This document shows positions 28,830-40,962 of a stretch of DNA of 64,000 nt, in pieces; the first letter of the stretch is position 1; each line of letters starts with the position of its first letter. The translations under genes were made by a program, and so were the position numbers. The DNA comes from Octopus bimaculoides. Lineage: Eukaryota. Below the pieces are notes generated by a model. That model ran no database searches. It was not told where the DNA came from and worked only from the letters and a program-made list of their open reading frames with translations. The stretch lies in NCBI RefSeq assembly GCF_001194135.2, contig NC_068997.1, forward strand, positions 10,096,384-10,160,383. Direction: 5' to 3'.

Positions 28830-30437
28830 CTGTCATTTATGTTTTTCTCTTTTATTCTTTCAGAGTTACTAGTTGTCTTCTGTTGGTGCCATGAACCTCG
28901 GATTCTCTTTAGTCGTAACCTCTCCTGATGTAGCTGAAAACTAACCCTACTTGCTCAAGTCGGGGAGCTTGGTGTTCATGAAGCTCCCCAACTCCATCAA
29001 GACCCCCTGAAGGTATGGAGACTAGATTTCTGTTTGTTCTCTTACTCGTTTGCTTCTTTTTTGGGTCCTTTGACCGTGGCCATGCTGGAGCACTGCCTCT
29101 AGTCGAACAAATTGCCCCCCCTCCCAGGACTTATTCTTTGTAAGCCTAGTACTTATTCTATTGGTCTCTTTTTGCCAAACTGCTAAGTTTCGTTCATGTA
29201 AACACACCAGCATTGGATGTCAAGTGGTGTGGTGGGGGGACAAACAGACACACAAACACACACACACACACACACACACNNNNNNNNNNNNNNNNNNNNN
29301 NNNNNNNNNNNNNNNNNNNNNNNNNNNNNNNNNNNNNNNNNNNNNNNNNNNNNNNNNNNNNNNNNNNNNNNNNNNNNNNAAATCTGACTACAATATTTCA
29401 TTTTTTTAATTCTTTTACGTGTTTCAGTTCATTTGACTGTGACCATGCTGGAGCACCGCCTTTAGTCGATCAAGTCGACCCCAGGACTTATTCTTTGTAA
29501 GCCTAGTACTTATTCTATCGGTCTCTTTTCCAGAACCCCTAAGTTACGGGGATGTAAACACACCAACATCGTTTGTCAAGTGATAGTGGGGAGGACAAAC
29601 AAACACACATACACATGCACACTCATGGTTTAGTTACAAACATTGAATGCAGTACTTTTTTTTTTTTGTCCTAAGTCTGGTACTTATTCTATCACTTACT
29701 TATGCTGAACTGTTGATTTACAGGAATATAAACAAACCAGTAAAGGTAGATGGCTCAGTGGTTAGAGCATCGGGCTCACAAACATGAGGTACTGTGTTCA
29801 ATTCCTGAACTGGGCTGGTGTTGTGTTCTTGAGCAAGATACTTTATTTCACATTGCTCCAGTTCACTCAGCTGTAGAAATGAGTTGTGACATCACCGGTG
29901 CCAAGCGGTATCTGTCCCTTTTGCTTCAGTGGCATAGAGGGGAGAAGGCTAGTATGCATGGGCGACTGTTGGTTTTTCATAAACAACCTTGGCTGGACTT
30001 GGACCTCAGAAGGTAACGTTCTAGGTGCAATCCCATGGTCATTCATGACCGGAAGGGACCTTTACCCTTATAAACAAACTAACACCAGTGATCAAGCAGT
30101 GTTGGGAACACATACAAATACAAATCCACACACAGAATGTGTGTGTGTGTGTGTATGTGTGTTTGTGTAAAAGATGGACTTCCACACAGTTTCCATCTAC
30201 CAAATTCACATGTAAGGGACAGGTTGACCTGGAGCTATAGCAGAAGTTGTTTGCTCGAGGTGGTGTGCAGTAGAACCAAACCCCCAAAGCCCAGTGAACT
30301 TCTTATGGGTCCCCCCACCCACCAACCCACCTCCTCATTTCATTATTGCTTTAATTTCCCTGAAGAAATGTCTAACAATGTGAGTTTGTTTGCTAATAAA
30401 TTCTTTTTAAAAAGACAGAAGAAAACATGCCGCTTAC

Positions 30438-30555
30438 CTGCTTGTATGGAAAGTTGCCCCATTGATTTTTGTTGTAGTGTAATAGGACAATCCTTGTGAG
30501 CAAGTAATAATGATTTTAATTGAGCCACTTCTGTACGTAAAAGATTTACTTCACT
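30438..30555 (-). CDS. ATF2: ATF2/7 coding exon 9 (SEVNLLRTEVAQLKSLLLAHKDCPITLQQKSMGQLSIQA)
   Basis: Matches ATF2 SEVTLLRNEVAQLKQLLLAHKDCP. Acceptor tttcag, donor G|GTAAGC, phase 0 to 1. Confidence 0.96.
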
Positions 30556-31654
30556 CTGAAAATCATACAACAAAGGTAATAAATATGACAAGACAGTATA
30601 AAATCTTCTTAAAAACAAGCTTCAATATGTGTATTTTTTGCATTGTTTTCCTTATTCTTCAATTTCAAATTCAAACTTTGAACCCCACCAAATACTATGA
30701 AGAACTGATTTATCCCCTTGTTATTGATTACCTACCAGGGGACATCACATGTATATTTTGTAAGTTTTCACAGAAACAAAACAACAGCAGAAGCACGCAA
30801 AGGCCCCAGTGAGGGAGCCTCTGTTAGAAATACCAGCCACCAAACCTTCTCACCGCTGTTGTCTTAACCCTTTTCTGACAATATGGTTTTAATTAAATAC
30901 AAAAGGAACGAGACTGTTAGCATTTGTATAGGGAGCTTCCAGTCAGTCAGCTGGTAATTTAGTAACATTGCATTTCTTTCTTTTTAAGTCAATCTTTGGT
31001 ATATAACAAATTGGTTTTATATAAATTATGATGAAAAATTTTTAATTCTAATAATGTTTTTATCACCATTGTCATAATCACTATAATTGTTCTTTTATCA
31101 CCATTATCATCATCATTATATTGCTCACTTTTCCAGATAGAATTTTTCGAGGTATTGGTGTGCTTTATATGGTTTCTACAGCTGGACACCCTGCCTGCCA
31201 CCAGTATAGCACTTAGGGTCATTGAAGCACACAAGCCACCACATCACAAGGGCTGGACTTTGTGATAGACTTATCCACTTAACATCATTGTATTTCCAAA
31301 GGTATTATTACTACTACTCCACTGTTTGTTGTGGTCCTGACCAAGGTGCATAACTCTGCTTGTTCCCGTTTGACATATAACAGCTGCCAGTTTCAACTCC
31401 CTGTTCCAACTTCTTTAGCCCCAGGCCAGACCATATAAGGCACACCTATAATCAAAGACATTCCAGTTGTAACCATCCCAGCTTTCTTTCCTGTCAAACT
31501 GTATCCAACCTGGAACAGTAGGAAAGCTATTTTATTCATTTTCGTCTTTTCTTATGCTTTTCAATGGTAACATTGTTAAAAGATTTTTTTTCCAATTTCA
31601 ACATTAAGAAATTGATTGCTAGTCTAAGATCAAATTAATAATTAAATCATTCAA

Positions 31655-31945
31655 GCGAGGTCGTTGCCAGTGCCACTGGACTGGCTCCCATGCAGGTGGC
31701 ACATAAAAAAACACCTTTTGAGCGTGGCCGTTGCGAGTACCGTGTGACTGGCCCTCGTGCCAGTGGCACGTAAAAGCACCCACTACACTCTCGGAGTGAT
31801 TGGCATTAGGAAGGGCATCCAGCTGTAGAAACTCTGCCAGATCAGATCGGAGCCTGGTGCAGCCTTCTGGCTTGCCAGTCCTCAGTCAAATCGTCCAACC
31901 CATGCTAGCATGGAAAGCGGACGTTAAACGATGATGATGATGATC
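31655..31945 (+). mobile_element. Family D non-autonomous retroelement with RTE-like 3' tail ending (GAT)n. Other copies near 4130-4325, 13040-13230, 16210-16560, 18105-18570, 19055-19289, 22538-22690, 27760-28010, 48325-48575, 50255-50545, 56208-56400, 57290-57590
   Basis: Recurrent GGTTGGCGTTAGGAAGGGCATCCAGCTGTAGAAA...CCATGCTAGCATGGAAAGCGGACGTTAAACGATGATG. The RTE assignment is inferred from recalled tail similarity. Confidence 0.8.
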
Positions 31946-32902
31946 CCAAATCAATAATTAACAAAGGCTTGATTTCTTTAACCCTTTAACTGCAAAATTA
32001 ATTTCATGGTTATTTCAGTAATGATGTTACATATCTACCAAAAAGTACAATTGGTATTTTCTGCAAGTCACATTGCCTTATAATTAACTTGACATATCTC
32101 AACCGAAAATAGTTTCAAACAAAATAGATTGAGATATAAAATTGCTTTCTGCACTTAAGGATAACGAAAGTTTGAATGAAGGGGTATATGGAACTCCCAC
32201 AGTAAAAGGGTTAAGTCAATTTAACGAACCACACTAATTTTCATAAGGGACACTCTTTACTCTTTAACTTGTTTCAGTCATTTGACTGCAACCATGCTGG
32301 AGCACCGCCTTTAGTCGAACAAATCGACCCCAGGACCTATTCTTTGTAAGCCTAGTACTTATTCTATCAGTCTCTTTTGCCGAACCTTTAAGTTACGGGG
32401 ACGTAAGCACACCAACATCAGTTTTCAAGCGATGTTTGTTGGGGGGACAAACACAGAGACACAAACACACATATACTTATACACATATACACACAGGACT
32501 TATTCTTCGTAAGCCTAATACTTATTCTATTGGTCTTTTTTGCCAAACCGCTAAGTTTCAGGGATGTAAACACACAAACATCAGTTGTCAAATGATGGTG
32601 AGGGGGAAAAACACAGGCACACGACGTTAAACAATGATGATGATGATGATGATATATATATATATATATATATATGCAATGGGCTTCTTTCAGTTTCCAT
32701 CTACCATATCCACTCACAAGGCTTTAATCGGTCTGAGGCTATAGTAGAAGATACTTGCCCAAGGTGCTATGCAGTGCTACTGAACCCAGAACCATGTGGT
32801 TGGGAATTTACCACACAGCCAAATACATAATATATATATAGTAGCCTTCCGTACAGTTTCGTTCGAGAGAAAGAGTGAGAAAGAAATGTATGATTAACTC
32901 AC

Positions 32903-32999
32903 CTGTAATCTTGAGTTGGTATTCTGCAATTCTTCTGCTTTTTTCTCTAAGTCGGTTATCCACTGCTTCCTCTTCTGCCGGCACCTGGCTGCAGCAGCT
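32903..32999 (-). CDS. ATF2: ATF2/7 coding exon 8 (AAAARCRQKRKQWITDLEKKAEELQNTNSRLQ)
   Basis: bZIP basic region and zipper match ATF2 AAASRCRQKRKVWVQSLEKKAEDL. Donor CAG|GTGAGT, phase 2 to 0. Confidence 0.96.
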
Positions 33000-33147
33000 C
33001 TTTGGAAATTACAAGGAAAGGAAGACAGTATGAAAAATGTCTCAACAACAATTGCTAAATAACAGAAACAGACATGCAGAGACAAGGAAACACACACACA
33101 CACACACACACACACAGACTAGAGAGAGTCAAAGAGATACAAAGAGC

Positions 33148-33187
<40 letters not shown>

Positions 33188-33403
33188 ATGAAAGAGACAG
33201 TACAGAACAAAGAAGTACAGTAACAATAAGGGCTTCGAATTTTGACACAAGGCCAGCAATTTTAGGTTAGTCAATTACATCAACTTCTAGTACTAAACTG
33301 GTACTTTATTTCATCAACCCCACAAAAGGATGACCGAGGCAGTATTTGAACTCAGAACATAAAGAACTGCAAGAAGTGCTGCTGAGCATTTTGTTTGATG
33401 TCT

Positions 33404-33912
33404 TTAGCCCTTTTGTTACCAGCCTGGCTGAAACCACTTCTGGCTTTGTAGTACAAATGTCTTGTTTTCATAAGTTTTGAATTAAAATCTTCCACTAAAC
33501 CTTAGTCACAATTTATGTTCCTAACACCAGCTTAACCCATTACCTACCATGTGATCTTATATGAGATCACTTAAAAATTACAAATTTCGTAATTATCTGT
33601 CAATATTTACACATATATAACCTTTTTGCTATATCTACTAGGTATATTTCTCTGATATTCAAATGAGGTTTGCTAATTTTTCGCCCAATATCTCGCTTAT
33701 TTCTATTTAAAATGTTATTTTGAAATGTTATTTTGATCATTCCAGCGTGTTTCTAAGGCTGTTTTATGCTAGAAACCAAAGTTTCATAAAAAAAATTCCA
33801 GTTAATAGAATTATTGGAAGTAATGGGTGAATAACTAAATTCTTTGTTGTATTTAAAATAATTGAAAGAAACACAGAGCATCTCAAAATTGATATGGTAA
33901 CAAAAGGGCTAA
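33404..33912. mobile_element. MITE F copy interrupted by a second TTAA-targeting MITE (33536-33827)
   Basis: Outer ends TTAGCCC / GGGCTAA; inner ends CCCATTAC / GTAATGGG following TTAA at 33532-33535. Confidence 0.8.
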
Positions 33913-34436
33913 TAATGCTGCCCGCTCTTCACATTGATAATACAGCAAATATAACAACACTGTAATAGAGACCCGATATGACACTGTGATACAGAGAAAT
34001 AATACAAATACAGTCACTGATTTATAACATAACTGTTTTTGCTATCTCTGCAGAGATAGCAAAAAAAAGCTTTTGTTACCAACAATGATGATGCATTTTT
34101 TACAAACTTAGCGGTTCGGCAAAAGAGACTGATAGAATAAGTCCTAGGCTTCCAAAAAATAAGTCCTGGGGTCGATTTGCTCGACTAAAGGTGGTGCTCC
34201 AGCATGGCCACAGTCAAAAGACTGAAACAAGTAAAAGAGTAAAAGAGAGTAAAGAGTATATGATGCTGGGCAGAGAGAAGGTTGCACCAGGATTTGAGTG
34301 GTGCTTATCTTTCAACTGAGGAGACTGGAGCAACTTGAGATGAAGTGCCTTGCTTAAGAACTCAATAAGCTGCCCAGTTTGAGAACCGAACCTATGACAT
34401 TGCAATCATGAGTGTCCAGCACCCTCGCCTCTACAA

Positions 34437-34785
34437 CAGTGGTTCTCAACTGGGGTCCATATGACCCCTAACAGTCAATATAAGATTGGGGGGGGGGGGT
34501 CCACGCAACAAAATAGTAAGTTGGGAATCCACAATAGTATTTTAAGGGCCACCGAAAATATTTTGCTTTATATAGCTTTATATTGCAAGAAACCGCTGGA
34601 TTTCTTTCTCTAACGTTTTACATAGTTCAACCTGCACAAGTTACATGTGTGAAAAACAAAATAGGAATTTTGAAAGAAGTGTCTATGAAACTAGTTTTTA
34701 AACATCAAATGGTTATAGGGATCCACCAGAATAAAATAATAATAATCAAAGGGGTCCATAGATAAAAAATGGTTGAGAACCACTG
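34437..34785. mobile_element. hAT-type MITE followed by a duplicated 3' half (about 34800-35012); related copy 11522-11781
   Basis: TIRs CAGTGGTTCTCAAC / GTTGAGAACCACTG. Confidence 0.82.
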
Positions 34786-35485
34786 CTTTAGACATATATA
34801 TTGGTTAATGTATTGCAAGAAACTGCTGGGTTTCTTTCTCTAACGTTTTACATTGATCAACCTACACAAATTAATGTGTGAAAAATAAAATAGGAATTTT
34901 GCAAGAAGATTCTATAAAACTAGTTTTTAAACATTGAATGGCTATGGGGGTTCACCAGAATGAAATAGTAATCAAAGGGGTCCATAGATAAAAAAATAGT
35001 TGAGAAACCCTAATCTAGACCATGTGCCTTCAAAAGTAACAACAACAAAAAACAAAGACTCATCTTGTCATACAAACACGCTGTTAACTTTTTTTAACTC
35101 CTTTATATGTTTCAGTGATTGGACTGTGGCCATGCTGGGGCACTACCTTGAAGGATTTTATTCAATCATATCAACCCCAGTAATTATTTTTAAGTCTGGC
35201 ACTCATGTAGAGCAATCTCTGTGTGCTGCACCACAAAGTTATGGGATATAAACACACAAATGAACAGCATCAGGTACACGTGTGCGTGTGCTCATGCATG
35301 TGCACATACACACACATTGAAAGGTTTCTTCTGTCCACCAATTTCACTCACAAAGCATTGGTCCACTCAAGGCTATAGTAAAAACACTTGGTCAAGATGT
35401 CAAACTGTAAGACTGAACGTGAAACCATGTGGTTATACATGTGTGTGTGATATATAGGATTCCATATTGTGGAGAACCGAATTAC

Positions 35486-35554
35486 CTGTTCCTTTCAAGA
35501 AATTTCCGTCGTCTTTCATCAGGTTCGTCTTCTCCTGACCTTTTAGGTCTCTTA
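35486..35554 (-). CDS. ATF2: ATF2/7 coding exon 7 (KRPKRSGEDEPDERRRKFLERNR; bZIP basic region start)
   Basis: Manual translation matches ATF2 DPDEKRRKFLERNR. Acceptor ttcatag, donor AG|GTAAT, phase 2 to 2. Confidence 0.95.
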
Positions 35555-35759
35555 CTATGAAAGTAGAAAACAGAGACAAATAATATAACAAACACATTTC
35601 AGAAGAATTTTTTTTTTTTTGGCATTTCTGTTGATATTTTTAAATGATCCCAAAATGGTAATTCCACTGTTGTAAAGAAAGCTGAGAGAGATGAACTGCA
35701 GTGAGTTGAAGGAGATTTGGCTGGTATTTCTAGGTCAGATGATTGGGTAGAACAGTAAT

Positions 35760-36030
35760 GGGCAGCCTACAGCCCGCAAGACCTTCTGAATGGCATGTCT
35801 AATGAAAAAAATTACCTTGAAATTTTTTAGGAGCAGATCTGCCTAATAATGAGCCATGCCTCATGTGGCCCACATCTCAAAACATGTTGCCCATACCTGG
35901 CGAGATAGCTTACAGTGCAGAGTTCAGCTTCTCCTGTGGTCACTGCTTGGAAATAGAGAGAGACCCAAGTGAGCTGGGTCACCCTACTAGTCAGACATGG
36001 AGACAGTCCTTGGTGTTTCCAGTCTAACCA
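35760..36030 (+). mobile_element. Highly degenerate RTE-like LINE ORF2 C-terminal remnant
   Basis: Frame reads HVAHTWRDSLQCRVQLLLWSLLGNRERPK*AGSPY*, weakly resembling the RTE motif AGHCxR...LLLWxP.G.R..GRP..TY. Similar non-repetitive decayed tracts at 17620-18050 and 37500-38130. Confidence 0.3.
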
Positions 36031-36943
36031 AATGGGTTGTACTAGAAATGGGCTTCTTCCAGTTTCTGTCAAGTGAATCCACTCACAAGGTTTTGGTCAG
36101 CCTGGGGCTATATTAGAAGACACCTGTCTAAGGTGCTACACAGCAGAACAGAACCTGAGACCATACAATTGAAAATCAGATGCTTAACCATACAACCATA
36201 TGTGCATGCCAGCATGGACAACAGACGTTACATGATGATGATGATATGTAGGGCAAAGACAAAGAAATGCAGCATTAAGTTACTATTTACATTTAACATT
36301 GATTGAGCTGATATATGATCAAGCCACAATCATCTGTTTTTAATTTAGTATCGATTACCTATGTCCCATAAAAGTAGCATGTCTAAGAATACATTAAACA
36401 ATGTGTTTTGCTTTGACTAAATGGCAGGATGTGATTGAAGGGGGATTTTAGTTGTTAATGTGCATTGAGGGAATAAGATATTGGAATTTCAGCAGATGGT
36501 CTAAGAGCTCAAAGTTTGTGTTTTCATAAATGAACAAGGAAATATGGAGGTAAATGGTAAAGAAAAACATGGAATTGGTGTTTGAGAAGAAGGAAAAATT
36601 CTTTGAAAAGCAATAACAAGATTACAAGGATAGGGAGAAGAAAGGAGATGAGGACAGTAGAAGAGAAGGAAAAGAAGGAGCAGAAATTAGGAGAGGATGA
36701 GAAGAAGAGAAAATAGAGAAGATGTGAGAAGGAGGGCTGGAGAAATGAAGAAATTTGATGTAGAAAACAAATGGAAGAACAAAGGTAAAGAAGATGATAA
36801 GGAGGTGAGAAAGGAGGGGAATTTGACAAGGAGGAGGCAGAGAGGAGAAAGAAGAAGAAGTAGCCAACAAAAAGAAGATGGAGAAGGAAGAGGAGAAAGA
36901 AGAATGAAAGATACAGAAGGTAAGTATAAAAAGTGTTACTAAC

Positions 36944-37167
36944 ATGACAACACCACTACCACCAATAATAGCAGCATCCAGACTCTCTGGTGATGAAACT
37001 GTAGCATCAGATGTAACACTTGCTGTCTCCGTTATGATGGACATGGATGACGGCGACGGTGATGCTATTTGACTGACGTGGTTGACCGAATCCACCAACC
37101 GACTGTTGTTGGAAGTGGTCAAGTCTTGAGGGACATTCTGACTACTTTGTAAAGCAGCTTTCAATTT
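36944..37167 (-). CDS. ATF2: ATF2/7 coding exon 6 (KLKAALQSSQNVPQD...GGSGVV)
   Basis: KLKAAL resembles ATF2 RLKAAL. Acceptor cctctag. Donor AT|GTTAGT was chosen because exon 7 requires phase 2. Confidence 0.82.
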
Positions 37168-38219
37168 CTAGAGGAAAGTGAAAATGATAATAAAATAAAA
37201 ACAACAACAAAAACAAAAACAAAAACAAAAAAAACAATTGTAAAATAGCCATGTTTAGTCATGGCAACAATACAGCATGTCCAAAACGTTTTGCCAGATT
37301 CCTATTTTGAAAACTGATGATGATGACTGTAGGTCTTTTTCAATTAATTTTATTGTATAGAACAATGATGAATAACTACAAATGAAACAATGAAACAATA
37401 AAATAAAAATCGGGCAGAACTTTCCGGACATCTACCTACCCACCTATCTATCTAGCTAGGTATGTGCGTGTGTGTGAAACGAAAGAAAGTGGCACCCAGC
37501 ACATTGGGCAATTAGGCAGGCATTACATATCTTTTCTAATAACAGTTTGATTTAACTTCAAATGGCTTAAAGTTTCATGGGCATGTAGGACAGACCCATC
37601 TCATCAGATATAAGGTGAAGAGTGAGAGATTTCAAACAAATTCAGCATGGCTGCTAAATGTTAGGCCTCTAATGGTCAGCTCAGGTTCCATGGTGTGATA
37701 CCAGCTATTTTCTTAATTTTCTAAGCTTACGTGCTCAGAGAGGAAGTTGGCAGGATGCTGATGCCACTTTGGTGATAAACTGAGGTGTAATGTATTGAGC
37801 ATCATCAGTTACTTCCATTGGGCACCACACATCGTAGTGTGGGATGTTGACATAGGTCAGTAGCCCAGACATCTTTCAGCAGAGTATCAACACGTCAGCA
37901 GCAATAGTTTTTTTTTTATGTGGGAGTAACCAGACTTGATAGTGTTAGGTTACAATTGGGACTGGATGATCAACAAGGGTGAGACAACTTTCACAGCATT
38001 AACATCACATAACCAGAGCTGACGAACAGGGGTGTAAAATCTAGATGCCATACTGAATTTGTCTCGAGTCTCTCCACTCTTCTCCTTATAGCTGATGAGA
38101 TGAGTTCGTCCTATGCACCCATGAAGCTTTAAGTCACGTGAAGTCGAGCCAAACCATTATGAGAAAAGATATGTAATACCTGAGTGAAACTGCTATTAAA
38201 TACACATACACACACACAT

Positions 38220-38264
<45 letters not shown>

Positions 38265-39040
38265 TGTTTATGTGTGTATGNNNNNNNNNNGTGTGTGTGT
38301 ATGTGTGTGTTTATGTGTGTATGTATATATATATATATGTGTGTGTATGTGTGTGTGTGTGTGTGAAGGCACATGACTCAGTGGTTAGAGAATCGGGCTT
38401 ACAATCATGAGGAAGTGAGTTCAATTCCCAAACCGGGCTGTGTGTTGTGTTTTTCTTGAGCAAGACACTTTATTTCACATTGCTCCAGTTCATCATTGGT
38501 GCCAAGTTGTGTCGGCCTTTGCCTTTCTTTTGGGTAGCATTGGTGGCATGGAAAGGGAAGGCTGGTGTGCATGGGCAGCTGCTGGTCTTCCATAAACAAC
38601 CTTGCCCAGATTTGTGCCTCAGAGGGTAATTTTCTATCTAGGTGCATTCTCATGGTCATACATGACCGAATGGTGTCTTTACCCAATATGTATACATAAA
38701 ATTTCTTTTGTTTGAGACTTCAAGTTTCCTCTGAGAACTTATTCAAAATGTAAATATTCTTGGCCTACAACAATTCATCCAATTGAGAGTTAGACTGGGT
38801 ACCTCTGTGGTTGGGGTACCCAGTCTAACTCACAGGGAGCTGAATTGTTTCATAAGAGTTTCAACACAGGATTGAAAGCTTTCAGTTTCCTCTTGCTAGA
38901 ATCTAATGAGCTGCTGTAGGGTGGAATAGTAAAAACCTGAAAAATTATAATTTCATTAATAATCTATCAACTCAAAGATTTAAAAAATTTAATTGGTGCA
39001 ATTATTTCCAAAACCAAACAGAGAGAAGTAAATGTGTTAC

Positions 39041-39290
39041 CTGCTTAGCTAATGATGGCTGACTAAGCCCTGGTGATGAGGAAGTAGTGGCGACAGCAGA
39101 AGCAGCAGCAACTGAAATAGGAGTTGCTGTAGAGGACTTGGGAGAGATGGCAGGGACAGGTATAGAGGCTACCTGCATGGCAGAGTTCGTAATAGTGGCA
39201 GGGATCTGTACAGGAACAGTTTGTCCTGTAGGTAACTGCAAGAACACTTGCATTGTATACTGAGCAGATGAGATAATATTGGGGGACAAC
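39041..39290 (-). CDS. ATF2: ATF2/7 coding exon 5 (LSPNIISSAQYTMQVFLQLPTGQTVPVQIPA...SLAKQ)
   Basis: LQLPTGQTVPVQIPA resembles the ATF2 LHLPNGQTMPVAIPA motif. Acceptor tttgtag, donor CAG|GTAAC, phase 2 to 0. Confidence 0.9.
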
Positions 39291-39364
39291 CTACAAAGAA
39301 AAACGAAAACAAATTAATTAAAACAAATGTCACATAAGTAACAATCAAACAAACATCATAATTG

Positions 39365-39658
39365 TGAGTGACAGACTTGTGTGTCACATATTTATCATTC
39401 AATTGACAGCCATACAAGTGTCAACCATGAGATGAGTGACAGACGTGTGTGTCACATATTTATCGTTCAATTGACAGCCATAAAAGTGTCAAACACCCAT
39501 GAGACGAGTGACAGACTAATGTGTCACATATTTATCATTCAATTGACAGCCATACAAGTGTCAAACAACCATGAGATAAGTGACAGACTAGTGTGTCACA
39601 TATTTAGCATTCAATTGACAGCCATACAAGTGTCAAACACCCATGAGACAAGTGACAG
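39365..39658. repeat. Intronic minisatellite, four 68-72-bp units plus a partial unit
   Basis: Unit starts at 39365, 39433, 39505, 39577 and 39649. Confidence 0.95.
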
Positions 39659-39869
39659 TTAAATGATTGTAGTAACTGCATCATAGAAATGACAGCCACA
39701 CAATGCCAGCCAAGATAACCATCACACAAGTGAAGATGATGATCACCAATGACACTGACAAAAATTATACCTGAACTATAAGAACAATGACAACAACAAA
39801 CACACACACACACACACACACCATGCGACCAGCCACCAACCAACCACCCAGTACATGGTTTGAACTTAC

Positions 39870-40108
39870 ATGGGAGCTGCAGTAGTGTGCATGACTGTGG
39901 GTAGAGTAGTAGTTGTACTACTGACGGCGGTGCCTTCCGTCGTTGACTGCACTGAACTGTCTGCAAGCTGTGATGTCGTTGACATGACCCCGTCGTCATC
40001 CGAAGTGGTCGACGTGGGCTGAGGCATGGAATGCGTTGCAGAAACAGCGACAGAGGCCGAAGCCGGAGGCGATCCCATGGACAATCCATGGCTGGACTGA
40101 CCGCTCTC

Positions 40109-40144
<36 letters not shown>

Positions 40145-40297
40145 TTGCTGAACCACACTGCTTCTTGACGATTCATCTGCTACTTGGATTTCTATGTCCT
40201 CGTTCTCCAATTTGAGAGTTTCCACAATTTTGTGTGGTCTCGAGACCACGGGGGTATTGAGTACTTCATTGGAATGTGGACCTGGTAAGGGGACAGC
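39870..40297 (-). CDS. ATF2: ATF2/7 coding exon 4 (AVPLPGPHSNEVLNTP...Q14...TTAAP; low-complexity region)
   Basis: Strong polypyrimidine tract plus tag acceptor; 428-nt open frame; donor AT|GTAAGT, phase 2, matches exon 5. Confidence 0.85.
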
Positions 40298-40429
40298 CTA
40301 GAAAGCAAGAAAAAAAAGATAACAAAATCAGTTCCCAGTGCTTGCAGCAAAAAATGAAAATAGTATTAAGGTTTTAATCTCTCTAAATCATTTTCTCTGG
40401 TTAGCTTCTTAATGCACCATGCATCAATG

Positions 40430-40790
40430 AAAAAACAGGGATGATGATGATGATGATGATGGCAATGACGACGACGACGATAATTATGATGATGATGATG
40501 ACGATGATTATGATGATGATGATAATGATGATGACGATGATGATGATGCTACTGAGATGATGATGATGATGACAAGATAGGAGTAATGATAATAACAAGA
40601 TGATAATGATAAGAACAAAATGAGAGTGATGATGATAACAATTATAACGATGATGATGGTGACAAGATGATGACAATCATAACAATGACATGACGAATGA
40701 TGACAACGACAAGATAATAGTAATGATGATGATGATGATGATGATGATGAATGACAGTGATAACAATGACAAAATAGAAATGACGACAGA
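40430..40790. repeat. Degenerate (GAT/AAT/GAC)n trinucleotide tract just upstream of exon 4
   Basis: Direct inspection. Confidence 0.9.
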
Positions 40791-40896
40791 CAAAGCTATA
40801 TATATATAAGAATTTTTACAATGACATCTCTCGTTTACAAAACTGTACCTGGTAAGATACTGTTGTTGAATCAGTCATGTGTGTACATAAGTACTT

Positions 40897-40962
<66 letters not shown>

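Noticed and set aside
36622-36943. Hydrophobic Phe/Ser-rich extension of the exon 6 ORF suggesting a membrane anchor
   Set aside because: Purine-rich low-complexity intron read-through past the GTTAGT donor.
39365-39658. CRISPR-like array
   Set aside because: Whole units repeat with no unique spacers, in a eukaryotic intron with no cas genes.
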